Of a stretch of 64,000 bases of DNA, positions 30,044-39,331 are shown in pieces. Position numbers and translations under genes: made by a program. Under the pieces are notes generated by a model. The model ran no database searches and was not told the origin of the DNA. It was given only the letters and a program-made list of their open reading frames with translations. This DNA comes from Trueperaceae bacterium (GTDB lineage Bacteria; Deinococcota; Deinococci; Deinococcales; Trueperaceae). Within the stretch, counting starts at the first letter, position 1. Each line of letters begins with the position of its first letter. The stretch spans positions 288,001-352,000 of the forward strand of contig CBDCDZ010000004.1 in assembly GCA_965215565.1 (NCBI GenBank), read 5' to 3'.

Positions 30044-31195
30044 TCACGGCGTCGCCACGCTGAGCTTTCCTGCGATGACGGCGCGGCGTGCGCCCGTCGC
30101 GTTCGGCAAGGTATTCGGGAGACCGTGCCGCGCGAAACAACCCATCACAGCGAAGGCGAGGGCTTCACGGTCTTTGGCGTTCCAGCCTAAGTCAGCGAAC
30201 GTATTGACATTTGTTGTGAGACGTTCGCGCAGCATAGCTACGAGCGTCGCGTTAAACGTGCCGCCTCCAGCAAAGATGATTTCATCCACGTGAGGGACGA
30301 AGCGTTCGTACGCCTCTGCGATGGACGCGGCGGTGAAGGCGGTCAGGGTGGCGATGAGGTCGTCAGGTTCCAACCTCTTTAAGGGGACCTCTTTCTCCAC
30401 CTCCGCAAGCGTGAAGACCTCTCGCCCCGTCGTCTTAGGCGGCGGACGCTGCAAGTAAGGGTGCGCTATGAGGTCGGAGAGCACTTTGTCATCGACTTGA
30501 CCTCTCGCGGCGTGGCGTCCGTCTGGGTCGTACTCGAGTCCATAAAACTTCTCCATCGCCTCGTCAATCAGACAGTTGGCGGGTCCGGTGTCAAACGCAA
30601 AAACTTCGTTCGGGTCGCCGTTCGCAGGCAAATAGGTGAGGTTCGAAATGCCGCCTAAGTTGTGAATAGCCCGCGCCACACCGGGCTCGTGAAAGAGTTG
30701 AAAGTCGCCGAACGCAACTAGCGGCGCACCCTGTCCGCCCGCCGCCATGTCCCCCTGCCGAAAGTCTGAGTAGGCCGGGACGCGGCAGCGCTCCGCGACG
30801 AGGCTCGCTTCACCGAGTTGGAGGGTGCTAAGGGTGTGCCAGCCTCTCGAGTCGTCTTTCAGAGGGATGTGATAGATCGTCTGCCCAGAGAGCGCGACTA
30901 AATCTATATGCTCGTCTGCGCTTTCCTGCACCTCTAGGGCGAGGTCCGCGTAAGCGTGACCTACCTCGGCGTGAAGCTGGGTGAGGAGCGCAACATCTGA
31001 GGTTGCGGGACGCATAGCGTGGCGCAGTCTACCTCGTAAGGCGGAGGGGTAGGGCGTTGAAGCCCTCGCTAGGACGCGCCACTCGAGCTTGCCGCCCTCA
31101 CGCGCCAGCCGCACGAGCACCGCGTCCACGCCGTCGAGCGAGGTGCCCGACATCAGCGCTAAGACGTTGAGGGGTGGCAAGGTTACATCTTTCAT
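30044..31195 (-). CDS. anmK: Anhydro-N-acetylmuramic acid kinase
   Basis: MSGTSLDGVD, DFRQGDMAAGGQGAPL, NLGGISN, FDTGPAN, PKTTGRE. Confidence 0.95.
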   Translation of the reverse strand: MKDVTLPPLNVLALMSGTSLDGVDAVLVRLAREGGKLEWRVLARASTPYPSALRGRLRHAMRPATSDVALLTQLHAEVGHAYADLALEVQESADEHIDLVALSGQTIYHIPLKDDSRGWHTLSTLQLGEASLVAERCRVPAYSDFRQGDMAAGGQGAPLVAFGDFQLFHEPGVARAIHNLGGISNLTYLPANGDPNEVFAFDTGPANCLIDEAMEKFYGLEYDPDGRHAARGQVDDKVLSDLIAHPYLQRPPPKTTGREVFTLAEVEKEVPLKRLEPDDLIATLTAFTAASIAEAYERFVPHVDEIIFAGGGTFNATLVAMLRERLTTNVNTFADLGWNAKDREALAFAVMGCFARHGLPNTLPNATGARRAVIAGKLSVATP

Positions 31196-31267
31196 ACTGT
31201 GTCATTCATACTGCTCAACCTCTTTGAATTTTGCACAATCATCTTTCTTTGCGAGGGAGTGTGCGGC

Positions 31268-31338
31268 GTAGGGGTGATTCATGAATCACCCCTACTGCAT
31301 TTGCCTCTTTCTGTGACTTTTCTAGCGTGGTCTAACCA
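31268..31338. repeat. GTAG-type REP palindrome plus tail, copy 2
   Basis: Perfect GTAGGGGTGATTCATGAATCACCCCTAC plus atttgcctctttctgtgac... Confidence 0.8.
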
Positions 31339-31341
31339 TAC

Positions 31342-32124
31342 TTAGCGGTACGCCTGCCACTCCGGTTCGTGCTCGAAAATCCAGCGGTAGTAGTCCTGTC
31401 CTTGTAACTCCGTCGCGGCGGCTTCGTCCACGATGACTTTGCAGTTCGGGTGGAGTTGCAGCGCCGTCGCGCTGATCATGGCGGTAATGGGACCCTCCGT
31501 AGCTTTCGCCAGGATGGACGCTTTGCGCTCACCTGTCACGAGCATGACGATCTCTTTCGCCTCTAAAATCGTACCGACGCCCATCGTGAGTGCCCGTTCG
31601 GGAACGTGTTCCGCGCCGCCGAAAAACTCGGCGTTCTGCTCCCGCGTCGTGGGCGTGAGTGCTTTGTCTCTGGTGCGCGACATGAGCGAGGAGAGCGGCT
31701 CGTTGAAACCGATGTGTCCCGTTTCGCCTAGTCCCAGAAGCTGAAGGTCGATGCCGTCCGCCGTTTTGATGCTCGCTTCGAAGCGGCGGCATTCGGCGTC
31801 CAGGTCAGGGGCGACGCCGTTGGGCAGATGGGTGTGATCGGGGTTGATGTCCACGTGGTCGAAGAGGTGCTCTTTCATATAAGCGTGATACGAGCGCGGG
31901 TCGTCCGGGGTCAAGCCGACGTATTCGTCTAAATTAAAGGTGCGGCACGCTGAGAACTCGAGCCCCTGTTCACAGTACTTGACGAGTTCGCGGTACACAC
32001 TCTCCATCGTGCGCCCGGTGGCGCACCCTAAAACGAGGTTGGGCTTGCGGCGGAGCCTCTCAGCGACGAGCGCGGCGCAGAGCGTGGCGGCGGCTTCGGC
32101 GCTGGGGCGGATGACGAGGTCCAC
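31342..32124 (-). CDS. nagB: Glucosamine-6-phosphate deaminase
   Basis: LGCATGRT, FNLDEYVG, GHIGFNEP, ALTMGVGTI. Confidence 0.96.
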   Translation of the reverse strand: MDLVIRPSAEAAATLCAALVAERLRRKPNLVLGCATGRTMESVYRELVKYCEQGLEFSACRTFNLDEYVGLTPDDPRSYHAYMKEHLFDHVDINPDHTHLPNGVAPDLDAECRRFEASIKTADGIDLQLLGLGETGHIGFNEPLSSLMSRTRDKALTPTTREQNAEFFGGAEHVPERALTMGVGTILEAKEIVMLVTGERKASILAKATEGPITAMISATALQLHPNCKVIVDEAAATELQGQDYYRWIFEHEPEWQAYR

Positions 32125-32125
32125 G

Positions 32126-33028
32126 CTAGCCCTGCGCTCTTTCTTGCGCCTTCTCCAAAGCGTCGCGCAGACGCGGATACCGCGCCAAGAGGTCGCGGCT
32201 GGCTTCGGGGGAGAGGTCCGTTTCGAGCCTCAAGATCGCCTCGCTTATACTCCAATTCGTTTCGCGCAGCACCTCTTCCACCTGGGCGCTTGGTTTGCCC
32301 GTCGCCGTCAGTACCATCTGTACCGCCCTTTTATAGAGCTTGTCGTTGACGGGCTTCATCCCCACCATGAGGTTTTTATAGACGCCGCCGAGTTCGGGCA
32401 TGACGGCGGTGGAGAGGGCGTTGAGGGCAACTTTTTGCGCGGTTCCCGCCGCTAAGCGCGTCGAGCCAGCGATGACTTCGGGTCCGGTGGCTAAGAGGAC
32501 GGGGCTCTCGGCAACGTTGAGGAGCCTCGAGCCGGGGTTGTTCGCGATGCCGACTGTAAACGCGCCTCTTGACCGGGCTTCTTCCACACCCGCCACCGTG
32601 TAAGGCGTCCCTCCGCTCGCGGCTAAGCCGATGACCGCGTCCCTATCATCTACTTCAGCTTGACGTACGGCGTCGCGGGCGGCGTTTTCGTCGTCTTCCG
32701 CGCCCTCTTGCGCCTGTTTGCCAGCTTCTTCGCCTCCAGCGAGCAATACGACGGTTCGGTTAAACCCGAACGTCGGCGGCAGTTCGGCGGCGTCTTGCAG
32801 CGCTAAACGCCCCGACGTGCCCGCACCGATGTAGACGAGCCTACCGCCTAAGGTCAAGCGTTCGCGGATGCCAGCGGCGGCGTTCGTAAGCTCGGGTAAG
32901 GCGTGAGCCACCGCTTCCACTGCGCGTTGATTCGCTCCGGTAAGAACCTCGAGCCTTCTCTCTAAGCTCCACGTATCGAACCGCTCGAAGTTCTTGTCAA
33001 CCTCTTCGGTAAAGCTAACTCTCGTCAT
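32126..33028 (-). CDS. murQ: N-acetylmuramic acid 6-phosphate etherase
   Basis: GAGTSGRL, DAAELPPTF, EGAED, GPEVIAGSTRL; start at MTRVSFTEE. Confidence 0.93.
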   Translation of the reverse strand: MTRVSFTEEVDKNFERFDTWSLERRLEVLTGANQRAVEAVAHALPELTNAAAGIRERLTLGGRLVYIGAGTSGRLALQDAAELPPTFGFNRTVVLLAGGEEAGKQAQEGAEDDENAARDAVRQAEVDDRDAVIGLAASGGTPYTVAGVEEARSRGAFTVGIANNPGSRLLNVAESPVLLATGPEVIAGSTRLAAGTAQKVALNALSTAVMPELGGVYKNLMVGMKPVNDKLYKRAVQMVLTATGKPSAQVEEVLRETNWSISEAILRLETDLSPEASRDLLARYPRLRDALEKAQERAQG

Positions 33029-33035
33029 AAAACCT

Positions 33036-33767
33036 CTAAGCTCGCAGCTCGAGCAGTAGCCGGTACCTATCGCTGCGGTAGGCGCTGCGCACGTATTCGA
33101 AGGGTTGCGTGTCCATGAAGGTGGTGCGCTCAAGCGCCAACACGGGCGTGGTCTCGGAAATCGCCAGCATGTCGCGCTCGCCTCTGAGCGGCAAGCGGGC
33201 GCTGATGGCTTGTTTCGCGCCGGTCGGCACGACGCCGAACTGGGTCTGCAAGGTTTCATAGAGGCTGCTCGTTGACTTGAGCAGGTCACGGGAGAGGTCC
33301 AGATACGGCGGTGAGAGGTGCGACACTTGCAGGGCTAAGGGCTCGTCGTCGGCGGTGCGTAAGCGGCTGATGCGCAAAACAGTAGCCATTTCCTCCAACG
33401 CCAAAGCGTGAGCAACCTCTTCATCGGCTGAAACCTGCTCAATGCCTAAGAGCACGCTGCCGGGTTTGAAACCTAAGAGTTGCGCCTCGTCGGTGAAACC
33501 CTGGACGCGGTCTACGGTCTGCTCGAGCCTCCTCCCCAACACATACGTCCCCGAGCCGCGCCGCTGCTCGACATAGTGCGCCGCCGCGAGTTCCTCCAAG
33601 GCGCGGCGCACCGTCATGCGCGAGAGCCCCAGACGCTCGGCCAACACGCGCTCGGACGGGAGCGCCCTGCCCGCCTTGAACTCGCCCGCGCGAATGGCGC
33701 GTTTGAGCTGCTCGGTGAGTTGCAAGTAGGCTGGCGTAGGGAGCGTTTTGTTGATATCTAGGGTCAC
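33036..33767 (-). CDS. GntR/HutC family regulator (NagR/NagQ-like)
   Basis: LPSERVLAE, SRMTVRRAL, GSGTYV, UTRA-type C-terminus. Confidence 0.92.
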   Translation of the reverse strand: MTLDINKTLPTPAYLQLTEQLKRAIRAGEFKAGRALPSERVLAERLGLSRMTVRRALEELAAAHYVEQRRGSGTYVLGRRLEQTVDRVQGFTDEAQLLGFKPGSVLLGIEQVSADEEVAHALALEEMATVLRISRLRTADDEPLALQVSHLSPPYLDLSRDLLKSTSSLYETLQTQFGVVPTGAKQAISARLPLRGERDMLAISETTPVLALERTTFMDTQPFEYVRSAYRSDRYRLLLELRA

Positions 33768-34690
33768 GGGTTCGCCTCTCGCTCGCTTGCGGCTCCTGCC
33801 AGCTCGAGCGCGAGTCTAGCCGCTGCCCGCACAGGTTCGCCCGAGACGCACTTCAAAGAACTGCTCGTGGGTAGGTGACGCTCGAGCGCCGCCGCGACAA
33901 TACGATTCTGAGCAATGCCACCTGAAAAGACGACGGGTAGAGGTTCGCCTAAGCGCGTGAAGATAGTCTGCGCCAGCACCGCGAGTTCTGCGCCCGCTCG
34001 CTCTAAAATCTCTGTCGCCGCTTCGTCGCCTGCCTCCGCAGCTAGGGCGACAGCGGGGACAAGTGCGGCGACCTGACGCCGCCCGCCGCCGTAGACCACC
34101 TCGATGATGTCGTCCCAAAACTCGCTTCCTAACGCTCTATAGACCTCTCGCGCAAGAGGTCTCGTGTCGGGTTGCCCACGCTTATCGAACCAGCGCAGCA
34201 CCTGTCTCAACCCCTGCTGACCGATCCAGAAGCCGCCGCCCGCGTCGTCGATGAGGTAGCCGTAGCCGCCCGCCCGAACGACTTCTCCCCCCAAGCTCAC
34301 GTGATAGGCGATGCTGCCCGTGCCCGCGTAGACGAGCACGCCTTCACTCGGACCCAGCACGCTCGCGTACGCTACGGACATATCATTGTCTAAACGCACT
34401 TGTTCGGGACCCAGCTCGAGCGCACGGCAAATCTCACGCTGGAGCGTCTCGGCGGCGGGCGTATCCTTGTGAAGTCCAGTGATGCCCCCTACAACCGCGT
34501 CCGGTTGCGCAATCTTAGCAGCGCTCTGGAGCACCTCTTGCAAACGTCCCAAGTTCTCCGCTCGCCCCTCGTCTGTAAAGATGTGACCCGTGATAGGCGG
34601 CGCACTGCCCGAGCCAACTTCGTGACCCTGTTCGTCCAGCAAAAGCCAGCGGCTGCTCGAGCCCCCCGTGTCCAGCCCCAAACCGATCAT
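33764..34690 (-). CDS. BadF/BadG-type N-acetylhexosamine kinase
   Basis: GLDTGGSSS, AGTGS, RAGGYGYLIDDAGGGFWIG. Confidence 0.88.
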   Translation of the reverse strand: MIGLGLDTGGSSSRWLLLDEQGHEVGSGSAPPITGHIFTDEGRAENLGRLQEVLQSAAKIAQPDAVVGGITGLHKDTPAAETLQREICRALELGPEQVRLDNDMSVAYASVLGPSEGVLVYAGTGSIAYHVSLGGEVVRAGGYGYLIDDAGGGFWIGQQGLRQVLRWFDKRGQPDTRPLAREVYRALGSEFWDDIIEVVYGGGRRQVAALVPAVALAAEAGDEAATEILERAGAELAVLAQTIFTRLGEPLPVVFSGGIAQNRIVAAALERHLPTSSSLKCVSGEPVRAAARLALELAGAASEREANP

Positions 34691-35355
34691 GTGTTCTCCG
34701 GTACAGCGGTAACGAAGCGTCTGGTGATTTCTGTAGGATTTGTAATCGCCGTGCCGATGACGACGGCGTGGGCTCCTGAGTCGAACGCTCGAGCGACTTG
34801 CTCAGGGGTCCAGAAGCGCCCCTCTGCAACGACGGGAAGGTCCACCGCCCGGACGAGTTCGCGCAAGAGGTCAAAGTCCGGTGTGTCCGTGCACGTCGTA
34901 TAAGAGGTATAGCCCGAGAGCGTCGTAGAGACGTAGTCCGCGCCCGCCTCGGCAGCGGCGACGCCCTCTTCCAAGGTGGCAATATCCGCGAAGATAGGGC
35001 GCTGCAACTCAGCCCTGACCTTATTCAGAAACCCTTCTCCTTCGGGATGCGCCCTCAAAGTGGTGTCGATGGCGACGAGGTCCGCACCCGCCTCCGCTAT
35101 CGCCCTGGCACTTTCTAGCGTCGGCGTGATGTAGGGCTCGAAATCGGAAAGCTCGAGCTTCCATAGCCCAATAAGAGGCAGGCTGCTCACCTCTTTGATC
35201 GCCCGAATATCCTCTGGACCATTCGCCCTGAGCGCCGCTGCGCCGCCCAACTCCGCCGCCTTCGCCATCGCCGCCATGAACACAGGACCGTGCAAGGGAC
35301 TCCCCGGCTGCGCCTGACACGACACGATGAGACCTCTTGGAAGAATTTCGTCCAC
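34687..35355 (-). CDS. nanE: N-acetylmannosamine-6-phosphate 2-epimerase
   Basis: GLIVSCQA, YITPT, TTLSGYT, AEGR, GTAIT. Confidence 0.93.
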   Translation of the reverse strand: MDEILPRGLIVSCQAQPGSPLHGPVFMAAMAKAAELGGAAALRANGPEDIRAIKEVSSLPLIGLWKLELSDFEPYITPTLESARAIAEAGADLVAIDTTLRAHPEGEGFLNKVRAELQRPIFADIATLEEGVAAAEAGADYVSTTLSGYTSYTTCTDTPDFDLLRELVRAVDLPVVAEGRFWTPEQVARAFDSGAHAVVIGTAITNPTEITRRFVTAVPENT

Positions 35356-35356
35356 C

Positions 35357-36481
35357 TCAGCCCACCACCTTGTGACCCGCAACGTAGACCTCTAAAACTT
35401 GCAAGTCGTCATCCAAAAGAATGAGGTCCGCGCGTTTGCCCACCTCTAAACGCCCTCTATCCGTCAGACCTAGATAGCGAGCGGGCACGTCCGACAAGAG
35501 CGTGCTGACCTGCGCTAACGGTACGCCTACGTTGTAAGCGTTGCGTAGAGCTTGGTCAAGCGTCAACACGCTGCCTGCTAGCGTGCCGCCCTCTAAACGC
35601 GCCGCGCCTTCTGAAACCGTCACAGTTTGTCCGCCTAGCTCCGTCTCACCTTCTCGTAGACCACATGCCCGAATCGCATCGGTGATGAGGTGCAGACGTT
35701 CAGGTTTAGCGCTCAGCGCAGCTAAAAAGCTACCCGGATGGACGTGGTGCGTGTCGAGGATGAGTTCGGCGTAGGCGTCTCTTTCCGCAAGCGCCGCGCC
35801 GACTGCGCCGGGTGCGCGGCTTTCTAAGGCGCTCATCGCGTTATAGAGGTGGGTAAAGCCGACTACGCCGCCGACTTCTCGAGCCTTGTTGATAAGAGTT
35901 CTAACCTCCTCAAACGTCGCATTCGTATGTCCAATACTTACGCGCACACCCGCTTGTGCAAAGTGCTTTGCGGCTCGAAGCGCACCAGCAATCTCGGGTG
36001 CTAAGGTCACGAGCTTGACAATACCAAGGTCTAACACCTCTCGGACGTGTTCGGCGGTTGGCTCTAACGTATGCGCAGGCTGCGCCCCCAACCGCTCCGG
36101 GCTGATGAAGGGACCTTCCAAATGTGCGCCAGGGATGCTCGGCAGCGTCTCATCTCCCTGCCCCGCAACCTCTTTCACGCCGCGCAGTGCACCTAAAACC
36201 TCTTCCCAAGGATTTGTCATCGTCGTTGGCAGAAGCGTCGTCGTGCCGCGCTGGAGGTGAAAACGAGCCAGCGTGCGCACGCCCTGTGCGCCGTCCATCG
36301 TGTCGCCGCCATCGCCACCGTGTACGTGGGTGTCGATGAAACCCGGCAGGATGTACGGACCGCCCGCTGCCACCGTAGATGTCGCTGTAAAAAGGTTGAG
36401 CGCTTCGATCTGTTCGTCAAAGCGCACTTCGCCCATCCGAACGCCACCGGAAGAAACGAGTTGACCCCTTAGCTTTGTCAT
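35357..36481 (-). CDS. nagA: N-acetylglucosamine-6-phosphate deacetylase
   Basis: PGFIDTHVHG, HLEGPFI, THLYNAM, LAGS. Confidence 0.95.
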   Translation of the reverse strand: MTKLRGQLVSSGGVRMGEVRFDEQIEALNLFTATSTVAAGGPYILPGFIDTHVHGGDGGDTMDGAQGVRTLARFHLQRGTTTLLPTTMTNPWEEVLGALRGVKEVAGQGDETLPSIPGAHLEGPFISPERLGAQPAHTLEPTAEHVREVLDLGIVKLVTLAPEIAGALRAAKHFAQAGVRVSIGHTNATFEEVRTLINKAREVGGVVGFTHLYNAMSALESRAPGAVGAALAERDAYAELILDTHHVHPGSFLAALSAKPERLHLITDAIRACGLREGETELGGQTVTVSEGAARLEGGTLAGSVLTLDQALRNAYNVGVPLAQVSTLLSDVPARYLGLTDRGRLEVGKRADLILLDDDLQVLEVYVAGHKVVG

Positions 36482-36544
36482 TTTCGAGCCCGCCACGCGC
36501 ATCTATTCCTACCGAACTCACCACGCCATCTTTCCATTTTGCCT

Positions 36545-36606
36545 AGTATACCCTATACCAATCCCTTACCACTACTTGACAACTTGTGCACCGTGCGCGG
36601 TACAAT
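36545..36606. promoter_or_regulatory. Divergent promoter region (nagA / sugar SBP) with a putative GntR operator at 36552-36571
   Basis: TATACT on minus strand (36545-36550); TTGACA (36576)...TACAAT (36601) on plus strand with a 19-bp spacer. Confidence 0.55.
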
Positions 36607-36658
36607 ATTCGGAGCAGCGTCACAACAATTATGTAGGAATATTCCAAGGAGGTAGAAC

Positions 36659-37909
36659 GTGAAGCGTTGGCTTTCGGTTTTGTTGGTTGCGTTTTTGGTG
36701 TCGGTAGGGACGGCGCAGGCGCAAGAAGAGGTTGAACTCGAGATGTGGACCCTCGCCCTCTCGCCCACCTTTGACGACTACATCAACGGCGTCATCTCTG
36801 AATTTGAGGAGGAGGTTTCGAACGAGGAGCGCACCGTCACGGTCAACTGGGTAGACCTTCCTGACGGCGGCTTCCCGGACAAGTTCTTTGCCTCTATCGC
36901 TGCAGGCGAAGCGCCCGACGTGGTGAACCTCAATACCGCAAGGATGCGCACCGCCGTGCGTGAAGACGCGCTCGTCAACCTCTCCGAAGCGGCAACGGAG
37001 GAGCAACTGAGCATCTACTTCCCTTCACTCTTAGAGTCCTCCTCAGTCGAGGGCAACGTCTACGCCTTCCCCTGGTATCAAGCGCCCACCATCCTGATGT
37101 ACAACAAATCTCTATTCGAAGAGGCGGGGCTTGACCCGGAAGCTGCGCCCGGTAGCTACGAAGAGGTCTTTGGCGCGGCGCTTTCCATCCGCGAGGGGCT
37201 CCTCCTAGACGGCATCAACCTCTTGCCCTTCCCGGAGGATTGGCTTGTTCAGAACGATGTCCCAATTCTCAACGAGGACGACACCGCCGCTGCCTTCAAT
37301 ACTCCTGAGGGCGTCGCCGCGCTGCAGACTTACATGGACGCCGTCGAAAACCGCGCTATTAGCCGCGAGACGATCAGCAACACCACCGACGAGGCGGGCT
37401 ACCAAAACGCCATCGGCGACTTCGCCGGCGGACAGGTCGCCATGCTGGTCTCGGGACCCCAGTTTTTGCGCACCGTCGAGTCGGACGGTCCCGACGTGTA
37501 CGAGAACTTAGGACTCGCGCCGTATCCGCAAACCGAAACGGGCATCATCCCCAACGCGATTCAGAACATGGTGGTCCCTGCGGCGAGCGACAACGTCGAG
37601 CTTGCGGTTGAACTCGCCAACTGGATGACGAACGACGAGAACCAGCTTGCATTCGCCAAGCTCGTCTCCATCTTCCCCTCCACCATAGAAGCCGCCCAAG
37701 ACCCCTTCTTCTGCTCGGACCAGGAGAGCTTAGAAGGACGTGCCCGCTGCATCCAAGCGGAGTCGGTGGAGCGCAGCTTCGACAACCAGGTGCGCACCGA
37801 CATCAGAGACGCCATCCGCCGCCAGTTCGCCGAGGCGATGCTCGGGCAAAAAGACGCGGAGACCGCGTTAAGTGAGGCGGAGTCGGCGGTGAATAATATT
37901 CTGCAGTAG
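36659..37909 (+). CDS. Sugar ABC transporter substrate-binding protein (CUT1)
   Basis: Signal peptide, AAGEAPDVV, YAFPWY, YNKSLFEEAG; AAGGAGG RBS. Confidence 0.92.
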   Translation: MKRWLSVLLVAFLVSVGTAQAQEEVELEMWTLALSPTFDDYINGVISEFEEEVSNEERTVTVNWVDLPDGGFPDKFFASIAAGEAPDVVNLNTARMRTAVREDALVNLSEAATEEQLSIYFPSLLESSSVEGNVYAFPWYQAPTILMYNKSLFEEAGLDPEAAPGSYEEVFGAALSIREGLLLDGINLLPFPEDWLVQNDVPILNEDDTAAAFNTPEGVAALQTYMDAVENRAISRETISNTTDEAGYQNAIGDFAGGQVAMLVSGPQFLRTVESDGPDVYENLGLAPYPQTETGIIPNAIQNMVVPAASDNVELAVELANWMTNDENQLAFAKLVSIFPSTIEAAQDPFFCSDQESLEGRARCIQAESVERSFDNQVRTDIRDAIRRQFAEAMLGQKDAETALSEAESAVNNILQ

Positions 37910-37957
37910 GAGGGGCTCGAGTTGCCTAATAGCTTACCTGGAATAGAGTTTTTTATA

Positions 37958-38041
37958 GGGAGCAATGAGTTGAAAGCAATGAGCAATGAGTGAAGACCAA
38001 AACCTTTAGACTCATTGCTCATTGCTCGGTACTTATTGCTA
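37958..38041. repeat. GCAATGA heptamer-arm palindrome, copy 1
   Basis: gagcaatgagttgaaagcaatgagcaatgag...ctcattgctcattgctc. Confidence 0.85.
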
Positions 38042-38067
38042 TCATTCTCAGAAATAGACACTTATTA

Positions 38068-38173
38068 TAGCCATTTCACTTATCGTTGCACCACTGCAAA
38101 TATCATCCCTGAACGTGCGTGCTAGGCGATGTTCTTTCCAGTGAGAGTGTAGCTGACCAGATGATACCTGCTA
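38068..38173 (+). mobile_element. MITE-like element, copy E
   Basis: TA-TAGCC...tgaccagatgatacctgcta; internal aacgtgcgtgct...gtgagagt core. Confidence 0.8.
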
Positions 38174-38204
38174 TTAGTCTCGAGGCTTAAAAGAAAGACA
38201 TCCC

Positions 38205-39140
38205 TTGGCTACTTCTGCAAAATCCGTCCCCTCGACTCCCGCTCGCGCCGCCAAGCTCCGGCGCGAGGCGAGCTTCGGGTGGCTCATGGTCTCGCCCGCA
38301 CTTCTCATCTTTTCGGCGTTCGTGCTCTTTCCCATCCTCGTCGGTCTCCCTCTCGCTTTCTTTGAAGTGACGATTCGCCGCGCCGGGGTTGACCTCGACT
38401 GGGTAGGTCTGTCGCACTTTCGCCGCTTGGCGAGCGACGCGAACTTCTGGAGCGCCATGTGGCACTCGCTTCTCTACCTCTTGGTAGTGCCGCCCTTACA
38501 ACTCTTCTCCATCGTCTTGGCGGTCTTGCTCAATCAGAAGTTGCCGGGGACGGTGGTCTTTCGGACGATGTACTACATCCCTGTCGTGACCTCGATTGTG
38601 GCGGTGGGCATCACGTGGCGGCTCATCTATCAAGATAGAGGGGTCGTCAACGGTTTACTCGCGTCACTGGGCGTGATTCATCCCTTGGACCCTATTGGCT
38701 TTTTGTCTGACCCAAACGTGGCGCTATGGGCAGTCATGAGTGTGACGCTCTGGAAGGGCATCGGCTACTACATGGTTATCTATCTGGCGGGATTGCAGGG
38801 CATTCCGAAAGAACTCACCGAGGCGGCGCGCATCGACGGCGCGGGCTACGCGCAAAGTGTTTGGTTCGTGACGATTCCGCTCTTGCGCCCGTTCGTCCTT
38901 CTGTGCAGCCTCCTCTCGACGATTGCCGCGTTGCGCGTGTTCGACGAGGTCTGGGTCATGACAAAAGGTGGACCTGTCGGCTCGACGTCGGTGGCAAACA
39001 CGTACCTTTACCGGACGGGCTTCGAGCAAGTTCAATACGGCTATGCGGCGGCGGTGGGTCTAGCCATCGGCGTGGTGGTGCTCATCGTGTCGGTGGCGGT
39101 GTTTATCTTCAATCGGCGCGGCGGGGTGAGGGCGTATTAG
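38205..39140 (+). CDS. Carbohydrate ABC permease (MalF-like)
   Basis: YLAGLQGIPKELTEAARIDGA EAA motif. Confidence 0.92.
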   Translation: MATSAKSVPSTPARAAKLRREASFGWLMVSPALLIFSAFVLFPILVGLPLAFFEVTIRRAGVDLDWVGLSHFRRLASDANFWSAMWHSLLYLLVVPPLQLFSIVLAVLLNQKLPGTVVFRTMYYIPVVTSIVAVGITWRLIYQDRGVVNGLLASLGVIHPLDPIGFLSDPNVALWAVMSVTLWKGIGYYMVIYLAGLQGIPKELTEAARIDGAGYAQSVWFVTIPLLRPFVLLCSLLSTIAALRVFDEVWVMTKGGPVGSTSVANTYLYRTGFEQVQYGYAAAVGLAIGVVVLIVSVAVFIFNRRGGVRAY

Positions 39141-39187
39141 GGAGACCCAGTTGCGCAATAACCCGTTTAGGATGCGGTTTCTTATAG

Positions 39188-39291
39188 GGAGCAATCCCCT
39201 TTCGGGGACGAACGGTGAGTTGAAAGCAATGAGCAATGAGTCTAAAGGCTCTATTTTTCACTCATTGCTCATTGCTCGTTGCTCATTGCTA
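39188..39291. repeat. GCAATGA heptamer-arm palindrome, copy 2 (with a 21-nt insert)
   Basis: gagcaat[cccctttcggggacgaacggt]gagttgaaagcaatgag... Confidence 0.85.
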
Positions 39292-39331
39292 AAATATCCA
39301 TGCGAGTTTCAAACGAGTCCAAGGTCCGTGT

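Noticed and set aside
32126..33289. 387-aa ORF as an extended MurQ
   Set aside because: The extension overlaps the GntR gene in another frame; the real start is most likely 33028
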